A model generated the notes under the pieces. That model saw only the letters and a list, made by a program, of their open reading frames with translations. It did not search any database and was not told the origin of the DNA. From Fimbriimonadales bacterium (GTDB lineage Bacteria; Armatimonadota; Fimbriimonadia; Fimbriimonadales; ATM1): 51,984 nt of DNA. The position numbers and the translations under genes were made by a program. Every line of letters begins with the position of its first letter. The first letter of the stretch is position 1. The DNA is taken from NCBI GenBank assembly GCA_051003155.1, contig JBPCLO010000017.1, positions 1 through 51,984 of the forward strand, written 5' to 3'. Below are positions 19,592-28,030 of the stretch, in pieces.

Positions 19592-20431
19592 ATGAGGCGC
19601 TGGCTTCCATTTTTTATGGTTTTTGCGGTGGCCGGATGCTCGAAAGCCCCTCGACAATACGGCGGCGAGCTGCCTGAAAAGGTCTACGGGCGGATCATAT
19701 CGCTGAGCCCGAGCACGACCGAACTCATCGCGATGCTGAACTCGGGGCACCTGCTCGTTGGGCGCACGGCCGTCGATACGAAGCCGGACACCATCAAGGC
19801 TATAACGATCGTCGCCAATCCCCGCCCGGATATCGAGAAGATCATCAAGCTGCAGCCCGACCTCATCGTCGTGGAGGAGAACCTCATCAACCCCGTCGAC
19901 CTGGCGAAGCTCAAGGAGCAGAAGGGCTTCGACGTCGTCACCTTCGACATCAATTCGATCGATGCATGGGTAGAAACCGTCTGGAAGCTCGGCGCGCTGA
20001 CCCAACAGTATTCGCAGGCCAACGACAGGGTGGACGCGCTCATGGCCGTTGTGGGCTCGGCGAAGGCGACGCCGCTCGATCCAAAGCCGCGGGCATTGGT
20101 TGCCATGGGCGGGAATCAGCCCTGGGTCGCAGGCGTCGATTCGTTCCAAGCGGACCTCGTTCGGAACGCCGGAGGCGAGCCGATCGGACCGCCTGGAGAT
20201 AAGTTCGCTCAGGTGAACCCCGAGCAGGTGCTCGCGTGGAACCCCGATGTCGTTTTCGTGAGCGACCCGCCCGCTCAGTACAGCGGCCCGGCTTGGAAAG
20301 GGATAAAGGCGGCGAAGGCGGGAAGAATCTTCCAGGTGAATCCCGACCTCTTGCTCCGCGCTGGGGCGGATGTCCAGGCCGTGCTTTCGGCGATGAGCCG
20401 CGAGTTTCAAAACATGGAAGTTACTAGATGA
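19592..20431 (+). CDS. Helical-backbone ABC substrate-binding lipoprotein (BtuF/cobalamin-iron-siderophore type)
   Basis: Lipobox VAGC; RIISLSPSTTE, IEKIIKLQPDLI and EQVLAWNPDVV motifs. Confidence 0.88.
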   Translation: MRRWLPFFMVFAVAGCSKAPRQYGGELPEKVYGRIISLSPSTTELIAMLNSGHLLVGRTAVDTKPDTIKAITIVANPRPDIEKIIKLQPDLIVVEENLINPVDLAKLKEQKGFDVVTFDINSIDAWVETVWKLGALTQQYSQANDRVDALMAVVGSAKATPLDPKPRALVAMGGNQPWVAGVDSFQADLVRNAGGEPIGPPGDKFAQVNPEQVLAWNPDVVFVSDPPAQYSGPAWKGIKAAKAGRIFQVNPDLLLRAGADVQAVLSAMSREFQNMEVTR

Positions 20432-21276
20432 AAGACACAGCAGAAGTTGGAGTTTTCGGAGGTTCAGGGTTCTATTCCCTGCTCGAGAATGTACGCGAAG
20501 TAAAGGTCGACACACCCTACGGGCCGCCGAGCGACAGCGTCTTTGTCGCCGAGGTCTCGGGTCGAAAGGTCGCGTTCCTTCCTCGCCACGGGCGCACGCA
20601 TTCCCTTCCGCCGCACAAGATCAACTTCCGCGCGAACGTGTGGGCGTTCAAGGCGCTGGGCGTGAAGGCGGTCATCAGCCCCTGCGCCGCCGGCAGCCTT
20701 CAGCAGCACGTCCGGCCGGGCGAGTTCGTGCTCTGCGATCAGTTTGTCGACAGAACGAGGGGTCGCCAAGACACCTTTTTCGATGGGCCCATCGTCAGTC
20801 ATGTAAGCCCTGCAGACACTTATGATCCCACGCTTCGCCAAATCGCCGCAGAAGTTATTCGGTCGCACGATATCGGACTTCACGAGACCGGTACAGTCGT
20901 GGTTATCCAAGGTCCGCGCTTCAGCACGAAGGCCGAAAGCAAGTGGTTCGGCGACCAGGGCTGGGAGGTCATCAACATGACCCAGTACCCCGAGGCCTAC
21001 CTCTGCCGGGAGATGGGGATGGCGGTCCTGAACATCTCCTTGATCACCGATTACGACAGCGGCCTCCATGCGGAGGTCGAGCCTGTAACGGCCGCATCCG
21101 TGCTCGCGGTCTTCGAGCAGAACGCCAAGAGAATCCGCCAGGTTGTCATCGACATTATCGGCAAGATTCCCGCCGATCTCGATTCGCTGGGCGCCGCGGA
21201 ATCACTTCAGTTCACGCGCGGCGACGGCCATGCGCAGTCCCCCGACGACGTCAGGATATTTCAAACGGAGTTATAA
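20428..21276 (+). CDS. mtnP: S-methyl-5'-thioadenosine phosphorylase
   Basis: GVFGGSG, TPYGPPS, LPRHG, QGPRFSTKAES, NMT and TDYD motifs. Confidence 0.92.
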   Translation: MKDTAEVGVFGGSGFYSLLENVREVKVDTPYGPPSDSVFVAEVSGRKVAFLPRHGRTHSLPPHKINFRANVWAFKALGVKAVISPCAAGSLQQHVRPGEFVLCDQFVDRTRGRQDTFFDGPIVSHVSPADTYDPTLRQIAAEVIRSHDIGLHETGTVVVIQGPRFSTKAESKWFGDQGWEVINMTQYPEAYLCREMGMAVLNISLITDYDSGLHAEVEPVTAASVLAVFEQNAKRIRQVVIDIIGKIPADLDSLGAAESLQFTRGDGHAQSPDDVRIFQTEL

Positions 21277-21282
21277 AACCCT

Positions 21283-24200
21283 ATGCTGTTCGCCCTGCCG
21301 CACACTCCTCTTCACGCACCGATCCGCCCGCTCATCGAATCTACCTACATGCAGGAACCGTCGCAGGAGTGGGTCACGCTCGGCGAGATAACGATGTTCG
21401 GCCAGGAGGCCATCGATTCGCGAAAGCTGCCTGAACGGAAGGTCGCGATCAAGTTCCCGAAGGAATCAGTACCGCCCGTGGAAAATTCCGGGTCCTCGCT
21501 GAAATGGGGCGACTGGAACGTTCAACTCAACGAATGGGGAAACTTGGGCCGCGTTTACCGCGGAGCCGGCGGCTGGGGCGAGTTCAAGAGCCTTTATGAG
21601 ATCGCCCAAAAGAGGATCGGCGCGGGCAAATCCTATCCGTGGAAGGTGAAGGCCGTTATCTTTCGAAGGACGGACGTCCTGTACAAGCGCGGAGACGGCG
21701 TGCTCGAGCGGCAATACGGGGACATCTCGGATGAAGACGTGACGTTCTGCTTAGAAACGTTCGCTCGTTTCGAGGCGGTCGTCGAGGCGTTCACCGGCGG
21801 CGCTCTCGACATTCAACTGAGCGCGGCGATCGAGACCGACCCGGTGGTCGGCTCCTACGAAAAAGAAGAGGTTTGGTCGTTTCACCCGTTCGACGCGGGC
21901 GATAACTATTTGCGCGGCAGGTTCAACCGCGGCGACTTCGACTCGATACTCTACTTCTACCACCCAGCGGACACGCGCGCCTTCAGCTTCGGCGGTACGA
22001 TCGGAAGGACCAACAATGCGACGCAGTCTTATGTGATTCTGTCCAATGGGCGCGAGATGGGCGACCGGATCGGACACACGGAGGCGATGGTCCACGAGTG
22101 GTATCACCAGATCGAGGACACCTATTTCAAGCATGGATACGGCGGCTTCGAAGGCAGCGCATTACCAGAGCTGCATTCCGCCGAAGCAAATGGCTACACA
22201 ACCGATGTGGCCGGGTATTCCGGGTGGTTTTCGTGGCTGCGCGACCTGATGCACTTTAGCGTTAGGGATGGGATGTGGGCGAAGCTAAAGAACCGCCAAG
22301 CGCCGGACTTCGCCGGTGTTCGGAGCCAGACGCACGCCTTCGACGGTCAGCTTCACCGGTGGAACGATGTCAAGGACGATCCATGGGCGAAGCTTCCCTT
22401 TTTGACCACCGCGGACCTTGCAAAGCAGATCGGCGCGACGAGCGTCGAGATCGTACAGGACGCCTCGCAGGTCCTGCTCTTGCCGCGTGGAATGAAACCG
22501 CGGACTCAACTCCTACCTCAAATCCGTGACGAAGACTTCGCGCTCAACAACGAACTGAATTTTTCGCGGGAGGCGATGGCGCGCGTCGGATATCAAGACC
22601 GCGATTTGGTGCTCGTCCGGTTCGACGCCGCGGACTACGTGATCGATTGGCTAGGCGACCACGCGATCGGAACCGCATCGCCAGCGAACGTAATGGGCTA
22701 TCTCAATGTCGGGACGCGAATGATGATCGTACTCGACACGAAGCTTAGCAACGACACTCTCGCCGAGTTGAACCTGCTGAACATGGGCTCGGCCAAGTCC
22801 GGCGTTGCCGTCTTGGGAAAGGGAAACTACGGGCTTGGGGAGCCGATGAGGGTTTCGTTCGCCGCAGAGGTGCCTGACGCGAGGTATACGGTCACCGAAC
22901 CTGACGGCTCGGGCATTCCAATGAATGGCGGCTTGCTGGAGCTAGGCGGTTTCCAAGGAACGAAGATTCTTAAGGTCATCGCGGCTCTCCCTTCGGGCGA
23001 GCGAGCGGAACGATTATTCGCGGTCCGTCGGTTGCCGACTGTCCAGATCGGTCTCCAAGCGGTCGGAACAAGCCGCATTTCGACCGGCAGCCACAAGGTC
23101 CGTGTCGAGTTGTCGAGCCTCGGCGAGGCTGCGACGATCGGCCTTAGAGCACAGCTTCCGTCCGGTTGGAGCATCAGTGGATTGCCCGAACAGATCTCTG
23201 TAGCGGCCGGCGAGCAGAAGGTCATCGAGGCCATGCTTTCAATCCCTGGCACATCGTCTGACGGCAACTACGAGATCGCCGTCGAAGCTCGCTCCGGAGA
23301 CACACCGACGGGAAGGTTGCAGTTCGAAAAGTTTACGGCTCCTACCCTGGTTTCAAACTCGTTCTCGCAGGGCCACGAAAGCTGGGATTCTAAGCGTCCA
23401 GACAATGCGGGCTGGACCGTTACGCTGGACCCGGCGGGTGTCGAGGGCGGCGCATTGGCCATCAAGGATCGCGGTGGGGCTCGATGGGGCCGCGTCAATG
23501 CTTTCGGAAGATACCTGCCGAACGGCAAGCGCGATCCGGCCTTCATGGGCTACGACGTTGCAGCCTATTCGTTCCTGGACTTTGATTTGAAAACGTCGTC
23601 GGAAGACAACCTCGCGCTGGCCATCACTCTGAGCAGCGGTAAGCGATATGTGGTGATGCTGGCCGGGCCATACCAAGAGCAGTGGGGCGAAAGCGTTCAG
23701 CTTCCGAGGGCGAAATTCATACCGAACGGCCAGTGGCAGCGGATCGTGTACAACCTGAACGACGCATTGAAAGCCGTAGCAGGCGCGGGCCCTCATTACG
23801 TCGTCGATATCGGCTTCGGCGACTCGAGGACGTTTAGTAGCAATCAGTATTTCAACGAGGATGTGCGCACGCACAAACTAGACGAGTTCAGAATCACTCG
23901 CGAAGCGGACACGGCAGACAACACAACCAAAGATGACCGGGATGCCGAGCTTTCTGCCGGCGCTGACCCGACGTCGGCGAATCCCGAAGACAGAAGTAGG
24001 GCTGCCGCGGCGCTTGGGCCGGAATCTTCCCCGGAGCAGATCGCGGCCATCCGGGCATTGATCCGCGATGAGCATCCTCAGGTGCGGCTCAACACAGCCG
24101 CGGCCTTCGCACGAGTCAAGGATCCGGAAGCGGTGCCGTTGCTCGCGGCAGCCGCGCGGATCGAGCGGCAATCGTATCAAGGTGTGTACATGGTGCGAGC

Positions 24201-24960
24201 GCTCGAGTACCAAAATCTCCCGGAATCGTGGAAAACGATGGAGGCTTTGGTTCGCCAAGGCAGGGCCGAGGAGATGGCTGTCGGCGAGGCGGCAATGGCA
24301 ATGGCCCGATCTGGCGACGCCAAGAAGGCCCCTGACATCAGCGTCGTGCTCACCGCCAAATCCTGGCAGGCTCGCCGCGATGGCGCAAAAGCAATCGGAA
24401 TGCTGCCGGGCACGATTCCGCAGCAGATGCTGATGATGTTCTTGATGGAAGTCGATCCCATGGTCCGCATCGCAGTGGCCCGCGGCGCCGACGTGGACGT
24501 TGACCCCGTAGGCAAGCGTATGGAGTGGGGCAGCGTCAACGACCTCTCGAATGTCGTTCGCGCTTACGACTATGCAAGCTTGACCAAATCCGCCGATCCG
24601 GTCCGGAGGTCGCGAGGCTACGCCGGACTCAAGGAGCCGGACACCGATATTCGGCGAATCATCGCCGAGGAGATGGGGAACGATTCGAAAGATCACCACG
24701 TCCAACCGTTACTCGGGCTATTGTCGGACCCGGCGCCGGAAGTACGCGCTGCAGCGGTGATATCGCTAATAAAAATGCCCGGCAAACGAGATTTTTCGGA
24801 GATGACCGCGCTCGCCGGAGAAGATTACGAAGAAGTCCTGATACCGCTCCTAGCAGCGGCAAAAGAGAAAAAGATCGAATTGCCGAGAGTGACATTGGAG
24901 CGGCTCGCTATGCATAGGAACTCCGAGGTTCGCAAGCTGGTTAAGGAGATCACCGGATAA
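21283..24960 (+). CDS. Large multidomain protein: zincin-like HEWYH domain, beta-sandwich modules, C-terminal HEAT repeats
   Basis: HTEAMVHEWYHQIE motif; NEW3-like LPSGWS...GEQK...GNYEI segment; HEAT repeats DEHPQVRLN, WQARRDGA, DPMVRIA, DPAPEVRAAA. Confidence 0.8.
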   Translation: MLFALPHTPLHAPIRPLIESTYMQEPSQEWVTLGEITMFGQEAIDSRKLPERKVAIKFPKESVPPVENSGSSLKWGDWNVQLNEWGNLGRVYRGAGGWGEFKSLYEIAQKRIGAGKSYPWKVKAVIFRRTDVLYKRGDGVLERQYGDISDEDVTFCLETFARFEAVVEAFTGGALDIQLSAAIETDPVVGSYEKEEVWSFHPFDAGDNYLRGRFNRGDFDSILYFYHPADTRAFSFGGTIGRTNNATQSYVILSNGREMGDRIGHTEAMVHEWYHQIEDTYFKHGYGGFEGSALPELHSAEANGYTTDVAGYSGWFSWLRDLMHFSVRDGMWAKLKNRQAPDFAGVRSQTHAFDGQLHRWNDVKDDPWAKLPFLTTADLAKQIGATSVEIVQDASQVLLLPRGMKPRTQLLPQIRDEDFALNNELNFSREAMARVGYQDRDLVLVRFDAADYVIDWLGDHAIGTASPANVMGYLNVGTRMMIVLDTKLSNDTLAELNLLNMGSAKSGVAVLGKGNYGLGEPMRVSFAAEVPDARYTVTEPDGSGIPMNGGLLELGGFQGTKILKVIAALPSGERAERLFAVRRLPTVQIGLQAVGTSRISTGSHKVRVELSSLGEAATIGLRAQLPSGWSISGLPEQISVAAGEQKVIEAMLSIPGTSSDGNYEIAVEARSGDTPTGRLQFEKFTAPTLVSNSFSQGHESWDSKRPDNAGWTVTLDPAGVEGGALAIKDRGGARWGRVNAFGRYLPNGKRDPAFMGYDVAAYSFLDFDLKTSSEDNLALAITLSSGKRYVVMLAGPYQEQWGESVQLPRAKFIPNGQWQRIVYNLNDALKAVAGAGPHYVVDIGFGDSRTFSSNQYFNEDVRTHKLDEFRITREADTADNTTKDDRDAELSAGADPTSANPEDRSRAAAALGPESSPEQIAAIRALIRDEHPQVRLNTAAAFARVKDPEAVPLLAAAARIERQSYQGVYMVRALEYQNLPESWKTMEALVRQGRAEEMAVGEAAMAMARSGDAKKAPDISVVLTAKSWQARRDGAKAIGMLPGTIPQQMLMMFLMEVDPMVRIAVARGADVDVDPVGKRMEWGSVNDLSNVVRAYDYASLTKSADPVRRSRGYAGLKEPDTDIRRIIAEEMGNDSKDHHVQPLLGLLSDPAPEVRAAAVISLIKMPGKRDFSEMTALAGEDYEEVLIPLLAAAKEKKIELPRVTLERLAMHRNSEVRKLVKEITG

Positions 24961-25427
24961 TGACAGTCTTACTTGGTTCAGATCACGCAGGATTCGGCCT
25001 AAGAAGAGTTCTCGCCAACTCGCTCATTGAGCGCGGCCACGCGGTCGCCGAGATGGGCGCTACGGGCGAGGACGCTTTCGATTATCCCGACGCGGCGATC
25101 GAACTGAGCCGACGCATGCAGCGCGGAGACGCTGAATTCGGTGTACTGATCTGCGGCACCGGAATAGGAATGGCGATCACGGCGAACAAGTTCGGGAGAA
25201 TACGCGCGGCCGTTTGCTGGAGCACCGAAGCCGCCAAGCTCGCACGGGAGCACAATCATGCCAACGTGCTCTGCGTTGGAGCACGCTTGATCGATCCCGA
25301 CACGGCTCAGTCGATTCTCGATGTGTTCTTGGCCACCCCAGAGAGTCCCGAAAGCCGGCATGTGCGACGCGTTGCGAAAATGGACTCCCTGGGCGAGTGC
25401 TCGGAACCAGCAGCGGCTGCAAAGTAA
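24960..25427 (+). CDS. rpiB: Ribose 5-phosphate isomerase B
   Basis: GSDHAG, DYPD, ICGTGIG, ANK, AREHNHANVL and RHVRRV motifs. Confidence 0.95.
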   Translation: MTVLLGSDHAGFGLRRVLANSLIERGHAVAEMGATGEDAFDYPDAAIELSRRMQRGDAEFGVLICGTGIGMAITANKFGRIRAAVCWSTEAAKLAREHNHANVLCVGARLIDPDTAQSILDVFLATPESPESRHVRRVAKMDSLGECSEPAAAAK

Positions 25428-25431
25428 TCGG

Positions 25432-26724
25432 ATGAGTAAACCGACCAGTTTCTATCTATGGACCGCCGCGGCAGTTGTCGTTGCGGTAGGCGGTGCAGGA
25501 TACGGAAACACGTTGAGGGTGCGCCATGACGGCGGGGATGGACTCATTGCACAATCCGCGTTGTACGCGTCGAACCAGGATTCCGGCAATGCCACGATTG
25601 CTGAAGGCATCCCTGCCCGACAATACTTCGACGAGGTGCGACGCGTGATTCTTGACGAATTCGTAGAGCCGGTCAGCAATGAGACCCCGCTCGCGCGTGG
25701 CGCTCTTCAGTTCATGCTGCAAGAGCTCGGCGACCCTTCTTCTCGCTACTACTCGCCGGCTCAATGGGCAGCCTATGTCGACATGTTCGAAGGTCACTAC
25801 TCCGGCATCGGCGCAGACCTGTCCGTTCGTGAAGAACAAACGCCGGAAGGCTCCATCTTGCCGATAAAGGTCGTCTCGCTGGTCGACGGCGGACCTGCCT
25901 CGACGGCAGGACTTAAGCAGGGAGACTGGATCGACGAGATCGACGGCAAATGGATTGCGAGCCGCTCGCTATGGGTCGAAGTCGAGAAGGCGAGTGGAAA
26001 GCTCACCAAAAAGCAGATCACCCGCGAGCAGTTCGACCAGATTGTCGAGCAGTTGCAGAAGAAATCGGAGAAGCTCATAACGATCTTCCCCGCCCTTGAG
26101 GAGCTCCAGGCGATGACCGGCCCGGTCAAACTCAAGGTGAGACGCGGAGACGAAAAGCTCGATTTCACGATCGTCAGGAAAAAGTTCGACGTCGTCCCCA
26201 TCGGAGCGGAAGGCTCGACGATTCGAATAAGGTCGTTCTCCAAATCCGCAGCGAACGAGTTGGCCGCGCTCGTCAAGGGAAAGAATAGCGTTGTCTTGGA
26301 CGTGCGCGGAAATCCGGGCGGCTCGTTCACATCGATGGCTGCCTGTCTTGCCGAACTATGCCCAAACGGCGTCTACGGGATGCAACAGAAGGATCCAAAG
26401 CATCAGCCCCAAAAGCTGGTTCTGGAGGGGACGAGCGCCCCGCCCCGTTTGTCGGTGATCGTAGACCGTGGCACTGCACGGGAAGCCGAGCTTTTTGTGG
26501 CCGCCCTTCGCGATCTCGCAGGCGCCGAAATCAAGGGGCCGCCGACGTTCGGGCTCGGCCAGCGGATCGAGCGGTTCGCCCTGGCGGACGGAAGCGGATA
26601 CACCATAACCTCCGCATATCTCCTCGACACACACGGCAACTCGCTCGTGAGATCTAAGCCGGCGAGCAAGGTCGAGAAAGGTGCACTGTCTCAACCGAGG
26701 ATTCCCGAGAGGCTAAAACGATGA
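25432..26724 (+). CDS. S41 peptidase-like protein with PDZ domain, catalytic residues absent
   Basis: LGDPSSRY, GIG, PDZ and LDVRGNPGG are retained, but TAREAE and TFGLG replace SASASE and GKG. Confidence 0.85.
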   Translation: MSKPTSFYLWTAAAVVVAVGGAGYGNTLRVRHDGGDGLIAQSALYASNQDSGNATIAEGIPARQYFDEVRRVILDEFVEPVSNETPLARGALQFMLQELGDPSSRYYSPAQWAAYVDMFEGHYSGIGADLSVREEQTPEGSILPIKVVSLVDGGPASTAGLKQGDWIDEIDGKWIASRSLWVEVEKASGKLTKKQITREQFDQIVEQLQKKSEKLITIFPALEELQAMTGPVKLKVRRGDEKLDFTIVRKKFDVVPIGAEGSTIRIRSFSKSAANELAALVKGKNSVVLDVRGNPGGSFTSMAACLAELCPNGVYGMQQKDPKHQPQKLVLEGTSAPPRLSVIVDRGTAREAELFVAALRDLAGAEIKGPPTFGLGQRIERFALADGSGYTITSAYLLDTHGNSLVRSKPASKVEKGALSQPRIPERLKR

Positions 26725-27989
26725 CATTCTTGAGCCGAACGCTTAGTCTGGCCGGGCTCTTCGTAGTAACGCTCATCGCGGGATTCGGCTGGAGGGACGT
26801 CGCAAAGGGCGAGGCCCCACGAATCGAAGACCTGCAGACGGTGCTCGCAGGCAAGCCGGCCGGAACGAAGGAACTGCAGCCGACCGAAACCTTCGTTCAG
26901 GCGCTCGCCAACGTCGACGCCCTCCACTACGGCTCGGAGAACAGACAAGAACTCACGCACTCCGCGGTGGCGGGAATGCTATCCGCCCTGAAAGATCCCC
27001 ACACGATTCTGCTGGAGCCCGAGGCTGCCAAGCAGTTCCAAGAGAAGAACCATGGGCAATTCGTGGGCATCGGCGCTGAACTGACGCGCGACCCGCTGGG
27101 GGCAAAGGTCAGAAGAGTATTCAAGAACAGCCCTGCTAGCCGAGTGGGCCTCAAGCCGAACGACATCATTACTAAAGTGCATAACTCGGCAGTTGCGGGG
27201 CGCGATTTGCTGGACGTCGTGGATGAAATTCGCGGACCGTCGGGTACCAGTGTGCAGCTAACGGTGTATCGCCAAGATGCAGAACAACCGCTCACTTTCG
27301 AAGTGGAGCGCCGCCAGGTCCAAATTCAGGACGTTTATGGCGAGGTTCTCTCAGGGCCGAATTCACAGGGCAAACCACTGATCGGAAAGCTGGAAATTAG
27401 GTCATTTTCGGAAACCATTCTCGCACAGTTCGACGAAGAGCTAGCCGATCTGGAGTCTCAAGGGATTCGCGGGTTAGTGATCGACGTTCGGGGAAATCCA
27501 GGCGGACTGCTAAGCGCCGCGGTAGAGATGGCGGCGCGATTCCTGGACAACAAGGTAATCACCTCGATGAAGAAGCGTGATGGCCGTCCCGAAACGTTCT
27601 TTTCGAGAAGCGGCTTGGCTAACGGCCGGACCTACCCCGTCGCGATCTTGATCGACCAGGGCTCGGCCAGCGCCTCGGAGATTCTCGCCGGAGCTATGCG
27701 CGATTACCAGCGGGCAGTCTTGGTGGGCGAGCGCAGCTACGGCAAAGGCTCGGTCCAAGTGGTGAAACCGTTGGACGACGGTGCACAGCTAAAGCTAACG
27801 ATCGCGCGGTACTACCTGCCTAATGGCGAATCTATTCAACGCAAGGAAGCAGAAGATGGCGAGGTTCTAAGCGGAGGAATCACTCCTGACATTACCGTGG
27901 AAAACGGACCGAGAGCCGTCCAGGGAGACATGGCCACCGATACGCAGCTGCGTGCCGCTATCAAGTCTCTCCAATCGAAATTGCGCTAG
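26721..27989 (+). CDS. ctpA: Carboxyl-terminal processing protease (S41A)
   Basis: DPHT, PDZ, IDVRGNPGGLL, SASASE, SYGKGSVQ and GITPD motifs. Confidence 0.93.
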   Translation: MTFLSRTLSLAGLFVVTLIAGFGWRDVAKGEAPRIEDLQTVLAGKPAGTKELQPTETFVQALANVDALHYGSENRQELTHSAVAGMLSALKDPHTILLEPEAAKQFQEKNHGQFVGIGAELTRDPLGAKVRRVFKNSPASRVGLKPNDIITKVHNSAVAGRDLLDVVDEIRGPSGTSVQLTVYRQDAEQPLTFEVERRQVQIQDVYGEVLSGPNSQGKPLIGKLEIRSFSETILAQFDEELADLESQGIRGLVIDVRGNPGGLLSAAVEMAARFLDNKVITSMKKRDGRPETFFSRSGLANGRTYPVAILIDQGSASASEILAGAMRDYQRAVLVGERSYGKGSVQVVKPLDDGAQLKLTIARYYLPNGESIQRKEAEDGEVLSGGITPDITVENGPRAVQGDMATDTQLRAAIKSLQSKLR

Positions 27990-28030
27990 GCGTACAGGAA
28001 CGCAGGGCCGCGCGCCGAACATAATTAGTC

